Assembly: GCA_002919235.1 (NCBI GenBank)
Contig: PKEX01000037.1
Span: forward strand, 1-64,000
Direction of reading: 5' to 3'
DNA: 64,000 nucleotides
DNA from: Clostridia bacterium
GTDB lineage: Bacteria > Bacillota > Limnochordia > DTU080 > RSA5
Positions 51,135 through 60,844 of this stretch are shown piece after piece; within the stretch, counting starts at the first letter, position 1, and every line of letters starts with the position of its first letter. Both the position numbers and the translations under genes were made by a program. The notes below the pieces were generated by a model that was given only the letters and a program-made list of their open reading frames with translations, ran no database searches and was not told the DNA's origin.

Positions 51135-52179
51135 GGCCAAGAAGCCTCACCTCAGGGAGCGTGATATCTCGCGAAGGATGGTCGAAGACTTCGGTTCCTC
51201 CCGACCTGCCTCCTCCCCGGGGCGGTGCTCCCGCATGAGCCGTGATTTTCCAGGCGAGGCCGGCCGGGACCGGCTCCGGTCGGCGTTGGAACAGGCGCTG
51301 GCCGAGGGACGCCGCCATGTGAACAGGGGAAAGGTGGCCGCGTACATCCCGCCGCTGGCCCGGGCCGATCCGGACGCCCTGGGCGCGGCGATTGCCTTGC
51401 CCGGCGGGGAGGTGGTCGCGGCCGGCGACTGCCGGCACCCGTTCACCCTTCAGAGCGTCTCAAAGGTGTTTTCCCTTCTCTTGGCGCTGGAGCGGCTCGG
51501 TCCCGGAGCCGTCTTCTCCCGGGTGGGCATGGAGCCTACCGGCGACCCGTTCAATTCGGTCCTCCGCCTGGAACTGGCGGAGCCCCCGCGGCCCCTGAAT
51601 CCTATGATCAACGCCGGCGCCGTGGCCGTCTGCGGCCTTCTCGTCGAACAGCTGGGGCCGGGGAGCTTTGGGGAGCTGGTGGAGCTGGTCCGCGCGGCGG
51701 CGCAAAGCGGCTCCGTGGACGTGGACGAGGAGGTGTACCTGGCCGAAAAGGAGACGGGCCATCGCAACCGGGCGCTGGCGTACTTCCTCAAAGACCTGGG
51801 CGTCCTGCGGGCCGGCGTCGAGGAGACGCTGGACTACTACTTCCGGCAGTGCGCCCTGCGGGTGACCTGCGTCGACCTGGCCCGCATGGGATTGTTCCTC
51901 GCGGCGCCGCCGGGAAGCCCCGCCCCGGTCTGCCGGGAGCTGATCCGGATGGTCAACGCCTTCATGGTCACCTGCGGTATGTACAACGGGTCGGGCGAAT
52001 TCGCCGTGCGGGCGGGCATCCCCGCGAAAAGCGGCGTGAGCGGCGCGGTCATGGCGGTGGTCCCCGGCAGGCTGGGCGTGGGGGTGTACGGCCCGGCGCT
52101 GGAATCCAGAGGCAACAGCGTCGGAGGGGTCGAACTCCTGGTGGCGCTCAGCCGCCGGCTGGATTGGAGCGTTTTCTGA
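51133..52179 (+). CDS. glsA: Glutaminase
   Basis: YIPPLA, QSVSKV and NPMINAGA glutaminase motifs. ATG 51133 after CAGGAGGA, but family alignment favours the later ATG 51235. The listed ORF start 50809 was rejected. Confidence 0.75.
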   Translation: MAKKPHLRERDISRRMVEDFGSSRPASSPGRCSRMSRDFPGEAGRDRLRSALEQALAEGRRHVNRGKVAAYIPPLARADPDALGAAIALPGGEVVAAGDCRHPFTLQSVSKVFSLLLALERLGPGAVFSRVGMEPTGDPFNSVLRLELAEPPRPLNPMINAGAVAVCGLLVEQLGPGSFGELVELVRAAAQSGSVDVDEEVYLAEKETGHRNRALAYFLKDLGVLRAGVEETLDYYFRQCALRVTCVDLARMGLFLAAPPGSPAPVCRELIRMVNAFMVTCGMYNGSGEFAVRAGIPAKSGVSGAVMAVVPGRLGVGVYGPALESRGNSVGGVELLVALSRRLDWSVF

Positions 52180-52251
52180 GCTTTGACGATGGCCCACGAA
52201 AGGGGACAGCGGCCCATCACCGAATACCAACGCTATCCGAGGTGATCGGCC

Positions 52252-53580
52252 GTGGCCTTTCAGCTCCGGCGGGCATCCGCCGTTTTTCTCGCATGCGCGG
52301 TTTTGGCCTTCGGCGGGGTCTGCGGCTGGGCCGCCGGCGGAACGCCGGACGGCGACGAACCGCTGGACCCTGCCGCGAGAGCGGAGCGGTATGCTGCCCT
52401 CTTTGAGACGGTCTGGCTCTCCGTCTACCAGCGGTACGTGGGCGCGGGAGTGGAGCGAGTGGACTGGTTCGCGGTGCGGGGCGTCTACAAACCGCGGGTC
52501 ACCGGCGCCCGGGACGACGAGGAGGCCTACCGGTACCTCGAGGAGATGGTGGCCCTGCTGGAGGATCCGCTCACGTTTGTCCGCTCGCCGGCGGAGGCCG
52601 CGGCGCTGCGCTCGCCGGAGGAGGACGCCTCGCGGTACTCCGGCGTCGGGATTCTCCTGAGGCAGTTCCCTGACGGGAGCGCGGTGGTCGCAGGCGTCTT
52701 TGACCGAAGCCCTGCCGCCCGGGGCGGCGTGCGCAAAGGGGAACGCATCGTGGCGGTGGACGGTGAGCCCGCGGCGGGCAAGAGCCTGGACGAGGTGGCC
52801 GGGAAGATCCAGGGTCCCGTGGGAAGCCAGGTGGCGCTCACTCTGGCCGACCCCTGGGGCGCGGAGCGCACCGTCACCCTGCGGCGGGCCGAGATCCAGG
52901 TGCGCGCGGAGGTCGTCTCGGAGCGCCTTCCGGGCGGCATCGGCTATCTCTCCATTCCCCATTTCAACGCCGGCACGGCGGCGCAGGTCCTGAGCCACCT
53001 GCGCCGGCTGTACCGGATGAACGGGTTGATCATCGACCTGCGAGGGTTGGATCCCGGCGCCAGCCTCACCGATTTCGCCCGGATCGCGGGCTTGTTTACG
53101 GAGGAGGATTTAGGCGGCATCTTCTTATCCGGCGGCGTGTTCCCCTTGCGCCCGGACCGGGAATGGCAAGGCGGTACCGGGGCTTTCGGAGTGCCTCCGC
53201 CCACGCGGCTTGACTACTGGGAAAAACCGATTGCCATCATCGTCGACGGCAGCGTGGCGCGGTCCCAGTACGCGATGGCATTGGTGACAGGCCTCGCGGG
53301 TTCGGGAAAAGCGGTGGTGGTGGGCCGGGGCGTGGAGCCTTCCCCTCTGGTGGCGACGGGACAGTGGGTGGAGGAGCTGCCGGGGGGCGGTCTCTTGGCC
53401 ATCGCCGCCAGCAAGCTGGTTTCGCTGACGGACGGCAGGGTCATCGACGGGCTGGCAGTGGACGTGGAGGTGCCGCTGGACGCGCGCTACGTCGAGGCGT
53501 GGTACCGGGGGAGCGATCTGGACGTCGAAGCGGCTCGGGAAGCGTTGGCGGCGCGCCTTGGCCGTGGACGGGCGGAATAG
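52252..53580 (+). CDS. ctpA: S41 carboxyl-terminal processing protease with PDZ domain
   Basis: Signal peptide, PDZ (GVGILL...VVAGV...GDRIVAVDG) and S41 catalytic region. GTG 52252 after GAGGTGA. Confidence 0.75.
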   Translation: MAFQLRRASAVFLACAVLAFGGVCGWAAGGTPDGDEPLDPAARAERYAALFETVWLSVYQRYVGAGVERVDWFAVRGVYKPRVTGARDDEEAYRYLEEMVALLEDPLTFVRSPAEAAALRSPEEDASRYSGVGILLRQFPDGSAVVAGVFDRSPAARGGVRKGERIVAVDGEPAAGKSLDEVAGKIQGPVGSQVALTLADPWGAERTVTLRRAEIQVRAEVVSERLPGGIGYLSIPHFNAGTAAQVLSHLRRLYRMNGLIIDLRGLDPGASLTDFARIAGLFTEEDLGGIFLSGGVFPLRPDREWQGGTGAFGVPPPTRLDYWEKPIAIIVDGSVARSQYAMALVTGLAGSGKAVVVGRGVEPSPLVATGQWVEELPGGGLLAIAASKLVSLTDGRVIDGLAVDVEVPLDARYVEAWYRGSDLDVEAAREALAARLGRGRAE

Positions 53581-53693
53581 GACTTGTGTCCTATGGACTC
53601 CCCGGGCGAAACAGCCGTTAAGGTATAGTAGGTTAGACCGCAGGTACAAGCCGGTTTGCGGCGCAAGCCGGCGCATGGAGTGGAAGGTGGGCT

Positions 53694-54632
53694 ATGCGAA
53701 GCTCTCGGGTCCGGGCAGCGTGCGCTGCGGCGCTGTTCCTGGGCGTCTTATCGTTCTATCCCGCCTATGCTCAAAGCCAAAGCCATGCCGGCCTCCAGCT
53801 GCTAAGCGGGGTCGGCTACCACACCAACGGCCGTACGCCTTCGGTCCTCATCGGCCTGGAATATGTCGCGACGTCGCGGGAAGGCAGCATTTTTTCAGGG
53901 ATGGACGAGAAGCGGATCGCGCTTCACGTCTCCGACGTCCTCTCTTTTGACAAGACGGCGCGCACCTACACGCTAGGCGTCGAAGGGGCCTGGCATCGCC
54001 GGCAGGGCGTGTTTCAACTGGGTGCCGAAGGAAGTCTCTACTTGCGCCGCGGGGCGGCGGGATGGGCGCGGATCGCCGGGTTCGGGGCCCGGGGCGTCAC
54101 CGGCCGCGTGCAGGGGAATCTCGGCCTCGACTACGTGGAGAACGCCTTCTCCACGTTCCCCTGGTTTCTCAAGGACTTGAACGGCGTGGCGCCCCGGGAC
54201 GGGGACGACTCGTTCTTCCGGGCGACGGTCAGCGTCTCGGCCCTGGTCCTGCCCGCGTATAACTTGATTTGGAGCCAGGAGATCCGCTGGCGCAAGCCGG
54301 TGTCGGACCGGGGAGGCAACCTGGCCATGGCCACGGGTCCCGAGTTCTGGCTGGGCGACGGCAGGCTCGCCACCCAAGCGGGGGTTCTCCTCAAGCCCGA
54401 CGGCGTCCGGCCTCTGGTTCAAGTCCGTTACGAGCTCCTGAACGGGGAGGGCCGCCGCAATTTCTACCTGGCCGCGGCCAGCGCCTCGGTCGAAGGGGAC
54501 GGCCCGGTCCTCTACGGCTGGTGGGAGACGGAGAACGAGGGGATCGGCCTTGCCGCCGCCGTCCGGCTTGAGGGCACGACGGAAGGCGGCCTCAACCCCG
54601 CGGTGTATTTTTCGATTCAGCCTAAATTCTGA
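53694..54632 (+). CDS. Hypothetical secreted beta-rich protein with outer-membrane-barrel-like C-terminal signature
   Basis: Signal peptide ending AYAQ, amphipathic beta-strand periodicity, C-terminal ...VYFSIQPKF (terminal Phe, alternating hydrophobics). Confidence 0.45.
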   Translation: MRSSRVRAACAAALFLGVLSFYPAYAQSQSHAGLQLLSGVGYHTNGRTPSVLIGLEYVATSREGSIFSGMDEKRIALHVSDVLSFDKTARTYTLGVEGAWHRRQGVFQLGAEGSLYLRRGAAGWARIAGFGARGVTGRVQGNLGLDYVENAFSTFPWFLKDLNGVAPRDGDDSFFRATVSVSALVLPAYNLIWSQEIRWRKPVSDRGGNLAMATGPEFWLGDGRLATQAGVLLKPDGVRPLVQVRYELLNGEGRRNFYLAAASASVEGDGPVLYGWWETENEGIGLAAAVRLEGTTEGGLNPAVYFSIQPKF

Positions 54633-54940
54633 GGCGGGCGCCGGGGGCCGCCGCGCCCGGCCGTGACGGGCGCCGCGCCCGCTGCGTGCCGGAAAGGGGG
54701 ACCGGGAATGCAGCTCTTGGCGTTGATCGGCTTCATCACCGTGCTGCTCTGGCTCTTGGAGCGCTTGCCGTGAGCGCCCGGCAGGCGTGCGGGAGACGCT
54801 GCCCCGTTCACGGCTGACGGGGCCTTTGGTGAAACCGGCGGGAACTGCAAGGAGGCCACAAGGTAACGCCGCGTTCGGCGTCGAAGGAATTGGCCGCGAA
54901 GCCCTTGCACGTCTCTATATGACAGGGGGGAAATGTGGCG

Positions 54941-55372
54941 ATGGCGAGAAAGGTCGCACTGTGGGCCCTGGCCGTGCTGCTGGCGCTGGGCACGACCCTC
55001 ACGGCCGCCGCCCAGGACGGAACGGTGGCGCGGCTTCCCGTCGATGTTCCGGGGACCAACGTCGTGTTCATGTCCGTCCGCTGGGCCCCGCCGGGCCAGA
55101 CGCTGTACGACGTCCGGGCGGAGATCTGGAAGCGGCTGGTGGAAGTGCTCGCGCAGGCCGAGCGGTCGGGCGTCCCGGTCAGCGGGCAGTCGGTCTCGGT
55201 GGAGCTCCCGGAGGACGGCGATCCCCGCATCCTCGTCAACGGCATGCTGATCGTGGAGGTCGACGCGAGGCACGCGGAGCTGAACCTGACCACCCAGGAA
55301 GGACTGGCGCAGGTCTGGGCGGCCAACCTCGCGCGGGCCCTCGACCGCTGGGCCGAGATCAACAGCTTGTAA
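54941..55372 (+). CDS. Hypothetical secreted protein (signal peptide, 143 aa)
   Basis: ATG 54941 ten nt after GGGGGGAAA. Signal peptide MARKVALWALAVLLALGTTLTAAAQ. Confidence 0.5.
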   Translation: MARKVALWALAVLLALGTTLTAAAQDGTVARLPVDVPGTNVVFMSVRWAPPGQTLYDVRAEIWKRLVEVLAQAERSGVPVSGQSVSVELPEDGDPRILVNGMLIVEVDARHAELNLTTQEGLAQVWAANLARALDRWAEINSL

Positions 55373-55411
55373 GGCGGGCCGCCGCCGGCAGGAAGAGGAG
55401 CGGTCCGCTAG

Positions 55412-55440
55412 GAGCGCTCGGAAACCCCGGGCGCTCTTTT
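55412..55440 (+). terminator. Intrinsic terminator
   Basis: 10-bp stem gagcgctcgg / ccgggcgctc (one G-U pair), loop aaacc, then TTTT. Confidence 0.75.
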
Positions 55441-55472
55441 CGCGTGCTATAATGGGCGGCGGAGGGAACGAC

Positions 55473-55628
55473 ATGGACGAGCGGCCGGATGCCGCTGCCC
55501 GTGACGGTGCCCCGGAGGGCGGCGCCCGGGACCCGCAGGAGACGCGGGACCTGGAAGAGCGGGTGCGGCAGCTGGTGAGCGAACTTCATCCGGTGTTGGA
55601 GGAGCTGGCCGATGATCCTCCCTCATGA
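55473..55628 (+). CDS. Putative antitoxin (51 aa, acidic) partnered with Doc
   Basis: Below the ORF-track cutoff. ATG 55473 after GGAGGGAA. Its 3' end overlaps the doc start (ATG 55612) by 17 nt, a typical TA arrangement. Extended -10 TGcTATAAT at 55445-53. Confidence 0.45.
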   Translation: MDERPDAAARDGAPEGGARDPQETRDLEERVRQLVSELHPVLEELADDPPS

Positions 55629-56040
55629 GGCGGAGGCGGTCCAGAAGGTGGTGGCCGAAGCGTTCGGCGACCCCGCCGGGGTGCGGGACCCCGCCGCCCT
55701 GCGGGAGGCGTTGGCCAGGCCCTTCGCGACCCAAAACGGCATCCCGGTGTACCCCACCCACTTCGCCAAGGTGAGCGCGCTCTTCCAATCGCTGTTGGAG
55801 AAGCGTCCGTTCGCGGGGGCCAACCGGCGGACCGCGCTGGTGATCGCCGCCCTCTTGCTGGAGCAGAAGGGCTACCGGCTCAAGGCCACGGCCGGGCAGC
55901 TGAAGCCGCTCTTGGTCGGGATGGAACTGGGCTTTACCACGTGGCACCGGGTGTCCGCCTGGATCAAGGCCCACACGGAGAGGGTGACGCGGCCCCGGGG
56001 AGGGAGTAGCCATCGGGAAGGCGTGGGGGCAGGCGGCTGA
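55612..56040 (+). CDS. doc: Doc (death-on-curing) / Fic-fold toxin
   Basis: Doc signature ...[16 protein letters not shown]...YPTHFAKVSALFQSLLEKRPFAGANRRTALVIAALLL. Confidence 0.75.
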   Translation: MILPHEAEAVQKVVAEAFGDPAGVRDPAALREALARPFATQNGIPVYPTHFAKVSALFQSLLEKRPFAGANRRTALVIAALLLEQKGYRLKATAGQLKPLLVGMELGFTTWHRVSAWIKAHTERVTRPRGGSSHREGVGAGG

Positions 56041-56056
56041 CGCGCGGGCGTGGTTG

Positions 56057-56725
56057 ATGGAAGTGTTTGAGCTTCTCCTGGCGCACTTCGGACCCCGGCA
56101 CTGGTGGCCGGCGAAAAGCCCGTTCGAAGTGGCGGTGGGGGCGATCCTGGTCCAATCGGTGTCGTGGGAGAACACCGCGCGCGCCGTCCGCAACCTGGAG
56201 GATGCGGGCTGTCTCGATCCGCACCGGCTGGACGCGCTCTCCGAGGAGGAGCTGGCCCGGCTCATCGTGCCCAGCCTCTACTTCCGGCAGAAGGCGAAAA
56301 AGCTGAAGGCCTTTGTCCGGGTGCTGGTGGAAGAGCACGGGGGCGACCTGGCCGGTATGCTCTCGGGCGCCACCGGCGATGTGCGGCGAAAGCTCCTTTC
56401 GATTTGGGGGATCGGTCCCGAGACGGCCGACAGCATCCTGCTGTACGCGGGCGGGCATCCGGTGTTTGTGGTCGATGCCTACACCCGCCGGATCTTTGCC
56501 CGGCTCGGCGTGTGGGACGAATCGGTCACCTACGACGAGATGCAGCGCTACTTCCACCGGCACCTGCCCGCGGACGTCCCGCTCTTCAACGAGTACCACG
56601 CGCTCCTGGTGGCTCTGGGGAGCCGCTACTGCGCCAAGACACAGCCCCGCTGCGGCGGCTGCCCCCTCGCCGCGCACTGTCTTTATGCCCGCTCCGGGCG
56701 GGGTGAAGGAGGCGAGCCCGGATGA
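56057..56725 (+). CDS. HhH-GPD base-excision DNA glycosylase (endonuclease III-related)
   Basis: HhH-GPD with GIGPETAD and C-terminal 4Cys cluster (C..C..C..C). Confidence 0.75.
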   Translation: MEVFELLLAHFGPRHWWPAKSPFEVAVGAILVQSVSWENTARAVRNLEDAGCLDPHRLDALSEEELARLIVPSLYFRQKAKKLKAFVRVLVEEHGGDLAGMLSGATGDVRRKLLSIWGIGPETADSILLYAGGHPVFVVDAYTRRIFARLGVWDESVTYDEMQRYFHRHLPADVPLFNEYHALLVALGSRYCAKTQPRCGGCPLAAHCLYARSGRGEGGEPG

Positions 56726-56988
56726 GGATCATGGGCCTCATCGCGGCCCTGCTGGTCTTGTTTGCCGTCTTCGTCGGGATCACCAGCCTTGCGGCCTTCG
56801 GCTTTAGCGCCTGGGAGATCGTGAGCCTCTTGGCGCCCGTCGCGGCCGGAGTGGTGCTCTTTGTGGCGGGCGTCATGTACTTGGCATTGCTGTGGGTCCG
56901 CCGCCTCAATCGCGCCGCGGGGGAGCCGGGCAGGAACGGCGGCGAAGCGGGGGCCGGCGACGGGCCCTCCGGGGGCCGGGAGGATTGA
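56722..56988 (+). CDS. Small hypothetical membrane protein (88 aa, two TM)
   Basis: ATG 56722 (ATGA overlap) after GAAGGAGG. Confidence 0.5.
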   Translation: MRIMGLIAALLVLFAVFVGITSLAAFGFSAWEIVSLLAPVAAGVVLFVAGVMYLALLWVRRLNRAAGEPGRNGGEAGAGDGPSGGRED

Positions 56989-57013
56989 CCATCCCGCGGC
57001 GTCATGGTACACT
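56985..57013 (+). promoter_or_regulatory. Sigma-A promoter TTGACC, 17-nt spacer, TGgTACACT for the leuS T-box leader
   Basis: TTGACC at 56985-90, 17-nt spacer, extended TG at 57005-06, TACACT at 57008-13. Confidence 0.6.
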
Positions 57014-57019
57014 AATGAA

Positions 57020-57305
57020 TCAATCGAGGGCGTATCGCCCTGCAGGAAAGACGATGAAGGGGAAAAGTAGGCGGGGACGTCCCTTTCGAGAGAGCCGCCG
57101 GCCGGTGCGAGGCGGCAAGGGACCCGCCGCCGAAGCTCGCCCTGGAGTCGCAGGCTGAACGGGCCCCCGGGCCCCTGTAGGCCGTGCCGGCTGCCCGCCG
57201 TTATCCAAGGGCTGGACGAGGGAGCGCTCGCCCGCCGAGCGCTAATAAGAGTGGTACCGCGGAACGCACGCATTCCGTCTCTTAACGAGGCGGCTTTTCT
57301 TTTTT
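57020..57305 (+). ncRNA. T-box riboswitch leader (Leu-specific candidate) with terminator
   Basis: AGAGA K-turn-like element near 57084. Candidate CUC specifier at 57136-38. Conserved T-box sequence aagaGTGGTACCGCGg at 57247-62. Terminator stem ccgtctc / gaggcgg (57275-93) then CTTTTCTTTTT. Confidence 0.65.
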
Positions 57306-57339
57306 GTGGGGATTTTACGCGCAAAGAGGGGTGGATGGC

Positions 57340-59811
57340 GTGGCGCACTACGATCACAAGACGCTGGAGATGAAGTGGCAAAAGCGCTGGGAAGAGCAGG
57401 GGATTTACCGTCTTGACGCCGGCGGCGGCCGCCCCAAGTACTACTGCCTGGAGATGTTCCCTTACCCGTCGGGGCGCTGCCACATGGGCCACGTCCGCAA
57501 CTACTCCATCGGAGACGTGGTGGCCCGCTTCAAACGGATGAACGGCTGGAACGTGCTCCATCCCATGGGTTGGGACGCCTTCGGCCTGCCGGCGGAGAAC
57601 GCGGCCATCAAGAACAACATCCCGCCGAAAAAGTGGACGTGGGACAACATCGACGCCATGCGCCGGCAGCTCAAGCGGCTGGGTTTCGCCTACGACTGGG
57701 AGCGGGAAGTGGCCACGTGCCATCCTGACTATTACAAGTGGACCCAGTGGCTCTTTCTCCAGTTCTACAAGAAAGGACTGGCCTACAAGAAGAAGGCGGC
57801 GGTCAACTGGTGTCCTCAGTGCCAGACGGTCCTCGCCAACGAACAGGTGGTCCAGGGCGAGTGCGAGCGCTGCGGCACGCCGGTGACCAAGCGCGAGCTG
57901 GTCCAGTGGTTCTTGCGCATCACGGAGTACGCGGAGCGGCTCCTCCGCAACCTGGAAAAGCTGGAAGGCTGGCCCGAGCGGGTCAAGACCATGCAGGCCA
58001 ACTGGATCGGCCGGTCGGAAGGGGTGGAGATCCGCTTCCCCGTCAAGGGGACCGGCCGGGCCCTTCCCGTGTTCACCACCCGCCCCGACACCGTCTACGG
58101 CGTCACGTACATGGTGATGGCGCCGGAGCATCCGTGGGTGGAGGAGCTTATCGCGGGCAGCCCCCGGGAGGCGGAGATCCGGGCCTTCATCGAGCGGGTG
58201 GCCCGGCAGGACGAGATCACCCGCACGGCCGAGGACCGGGAAAAGGAGGGCATCTTCACCGGCGCGTACTGCGTCAACCCCATGACCGGGGAAGAGATCC
58301 CCATCTACTTGGGAGACTACGTCCTGGCCGGCTACGGCACCGGGGCCATCATGGCGGTGCCCGCCCATGACCAGCGGGACTTCGAGTTTGCCCGCAAGTA
58401 CGGCCTCCCGATCCGGGTGGTGATCCAGGGCGACCAGCCCCTGGACGGCGAGACGATGCAGGAGGCGTACACGGAGCCCGGCGTGATGGTCAACTCCGGC
58501 CCGTTCGACGGGATGCGGAGCGAGGAGGCGTGGCACGCCATCGCGGACGAGCTGGAGCGGCGGGGCATCGGGGAGCGCAAGGTGAACTACCGCCTGCGGG
58601 ACTGGCTCATCTCCCGGCAGCGGTACTGGGGCGTGCCCATCCCCATCATCAACTGCCCGCAGTGCGGCCACGTCCCGGTGCCCGAAGAGGACCTTCCCGT
58701 CTTGCTGCCGGAGAACGTCAACTTCAAGCCGACCGGGCAGTCGCCCCTGGTGGACCTTGAGGAGTTCGTCAAGACCACCTGTCCCCGCTGCGGCGGCCCC
58801 GCGGAGCGGGAGACCGACACCATGGACACCTTCGTCGATTCGTCGTGGTACTTCCTGCGGTACATCGACCCGCACAACCAGGAGGCCCCGTTCGACAAGG
58901 AGCTCGCGTCGGCCTGGATGCCGGTGGACCAGTACATCGGGGGCGTGGAGCACGCCATCTTGCATTTGATGTACGCCCGCTTCTTCACCATGGTCCTTTA
59001 CGACCTGGGGCTGGTGGACGTCGAAGAGCCGTTCCAAAACCTTCTCACGCAGGGGATGGTGCTCAAGGACGGCGCCAAGATGTCCAAGTCCAAGGGGAAC
59101 GTGGTCGACCCCGACGAGATGGTGGAGAGGTACGGCGCCGACACCGTGCGGCTCTTCATCCTCTTTGCCGCGCCTCCCGAGCGGGACCTCGAGTGGAGCG
59201 ACGCCGGCGTCGAAGGAGCGTACCGCTTCGTCAACCGGGTGTACCGCATGGTGCGGGACGCCGCGGCCTTTGTCCAGGGGGCGGGCCCCGTCCAAGGCGC
59301 CCTGGAGGGGCCTGCGGCGGAGCTCCGCCGCAAGGTGCACTCCGGCCTCAAGCGGGTGACCACGGACATCGCCGAGCGGTTCCAGTTCAACACCGCGATC
59401 AGCGCCATCATGGAGATGGTGAACGCCGTCTACGCGTACAGGGAGCTTCCCGAAGATCAGCAGGACCCGGCGGCGCTCCGGGAGGCCCTGGAGCTCATCG
59501 TCCTCGCACTGGCTCCCTTTGCGCCCCACGTCGCCGAAGAGGCGTGGGAGATGCTGGGGCACTCGTCGTCGGTGCACCTTGAGGCCTGGCCCCAGTACGA
59601 TCCGGCGGCGGTGGTGGAAGCCGAGATCGAGCTGGTGGTGCAGGTGAACGGGAAGGTGCGGGACCGGGTGCGGGTGCCCCGGGACGCGGACGAGGAGACG
59701 GTGCGGCAGGCCGCCCTGGCCTCCGCCAAAGTGCAGGAGTTCTTGAACGGCAAAGAGGTAGCCCGGGTGATCGTGGTCCCCGGCCGCCTGGTGAACGTGG
59801 TCGTGCGGTAG
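57340..59811 (+). CDS. leuS: Leucine--tRNA ligase
   Basis: Class I HMGH ([13 protein letters not shown]) and KMSKS ([10 protein letters not shown]) motifs, 823 aa. GTG 57340 after AAAGAGGGG, chosen by N-terminal family alignment (TTG 57304 listed). Confidence 0.9.
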   Translation: MAHYDHKTLEMKWQKRWEEQGIYRLDAGGGRPKYYCLEMFPYPSGRCHMGHVRNYSIGDVVARFKRMNGWNVLHPMGWDAFGLPAENAAIKNNIPPKKWTWDNIDAMRRQLKRLGFAYDWEREVATCHPDYYKWTQWLFLQFYKKGLAYKKKAAVNWCPQCQTVLANEQVVQGECERCGTPVTKRELVQWFLRITEYAERLLRNLEKLEGWPERVKTMQANWIGRSEGVEIRFPVKGTGRALPVFTTRPDTVYGVTYMVMAPEHPWVEELIAGSPREAEIRAFIERVARQDEITRTAEDREKEGIFTGAYCVNPMTGEEIPIYLGDYVLAGYGTGAIMAVPAHDQRDFEFARKYGLPIRVVIQGDQPLDGETMQEAYTEPGVMVNSGPFDGMRSEEAWHAIADELERRGIGERKVNYRLRDWLISRQRYWGVPIPIINCPQCGHVPVPEEDLPVLLPENVNFKPTGQSPLVDLEEFVKTTCPRCGGPAERETDTMDTFVDSSWYFLRYIDPHNQEAPFDKELASAWMPVDQYIGGVEHAILHLMYARFFTMVLYDLGLVDVEEPFQNLLTQGMVLKDGAKMSKSKGNVVDPDEMVERYGADTVRLFILFAAPPERDLEWSDAGVEGAYRFVNRVYRMVRDAAAFVQGAGPVQGALEGPAAELRRKVHSGLKRVTTDIAERFQFNTAISAIMEMVNAVYAYRELPEDQQDPAALREALELIVLALAPFAPHVAEEAWEMLGHSSSVHLEAWPQYDPAAVVEAEIELVVQVNGKVRDRVRVPRDADEETVRQAALASAKVQEFLNGKEVARVIVVPGRLVNVVVR

Positions 59812-59876
59812 CCGGAACACGCGGGCCGAATCGGAGCTGCGGGACCCGGGGCATGCTGGTGGAGGAGGCGTGCCCC

Positions 59877-60728
59877 GTGTCCTTTTTTGAGCTGCTCTGG
59901 ATCTTCTTCATCGCCACGTCGCTGGCGCCGCTCCTGCAGCAGAAGCGGGTGGAAAGCCAGCGCATCCGGCTGCTCCACCGGATGCAGGAGGAGCGGCATA
60001 GCCGGGTCATCACCATGATCCACCGGCAGGAGTCGTACAGCCTGCTGGGGATGCTCTCCCGCCGCTTCATCACCATCGAGGACTCCGAGGCGGTGCTGCG
60101 GGCCATCCGCCTGACGCCGCCGGACGTCCCCATCGACCTGATCCTGCACACGCCCGGCGGGCTGGTGCTCGCGAGCGAGCAGATCGCCCGCGCCCTGGTG
60201 AAGCACCCGGCCAAGGTGACGGTGTTCGTGCCGCATTACGCCATGTCCGGGGGGACGCTGATCGCACTGGCCGCCGACGAGATCTGGATGGACGACAACG
60301 CGGTCCTGGGCCCCGTCGACCCCCAGCTGGGAGGGTATCCCGCCGCTTCGATCCTTCGAGTGGCCGAGCAGAAGGAAAAGAACAAGGTGGACGACGAGAC
60401 GCTGATCCTGGCGGACATCGCCGCCAAAGCGGTGGAGCAGGTGCGGGACGTGGTGACCAGCATCCTCCGGGACAAGATGGGCGAAGAGAAGGCGAGGGAG
60501 CTGGCGCACATTCTGACCTGCGGGCGCTGGACCCACGACTATCCTCTCACGTGCGAAATGCTCCAGTCCTTTGGCCTGCCGGTGGTCTGCCGCATGCCCA
60601 AGGTGGTCTACCAGCTGATGGAGCTGTACCCGCAGGCGGGAGGGCGGCGCCCGTCGGTGCAGTACGTGCCGGTGCCCTACCGCGCGCCGGGGCCCGAGCC
60701 GGTGCGGGGGGACGACGGCGCCCTCTGA
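59877..60728 (+). CDS. Clp-fold serine protease of the SDH (serine dehydrogenase proteinase) family, membrane-anchored
   Basis: ClpP/crotonase-like fold with HTPGG..SGG motifs. GTG 59877 eight nt after GGAGGAGG (ATG 59853 listed). Confidence 0.65.
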   Translation: MSFFELLWIFFIATSLAPLLQQKRVESQRIRLLHRMQEERHSRVITMIHRQESYSLLGMLSRRFITIEDSEAVLRAIRLTPPDVPIDLILHTPGGLVLASEQIARALVKHPAKVTVFVPHYAMSGGTLIALAADEIWMDDNAVLGPVDPQLGGYPAASILRVAEQKEKNKVDDETLILADIAAKAVEQVRDVVTSILRDKMGEEKARELAHILTCGRWTHDYPLTCEMLQSFGLPVVCRMPKVVYQLMELYPQAGGRRPSVQYVPVPYRAPGPEPVRGDDGAL

Positions 60729-60844
60729 TCTTTTTGCAAGGTTAGATCACGGCGGGCGGCGGCGTCCCCGAGGAGATACGCGCCCGGCAGCGAAGCCGTA
60801 CCGGTGCCTCCAGCCGGCCTTCGTGGGGGGACGGAGGTGTCGGC

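Noticed and set aside
56683-59820. 1045-aa minus-strand ORF antisense to leuS
   Set aside because: Arg/Pro/Gly/His-rich translation typical of antisense frames in high-GC DNA. The plus-strand leuS has unambiguous HMGH and KMSKS motifs.
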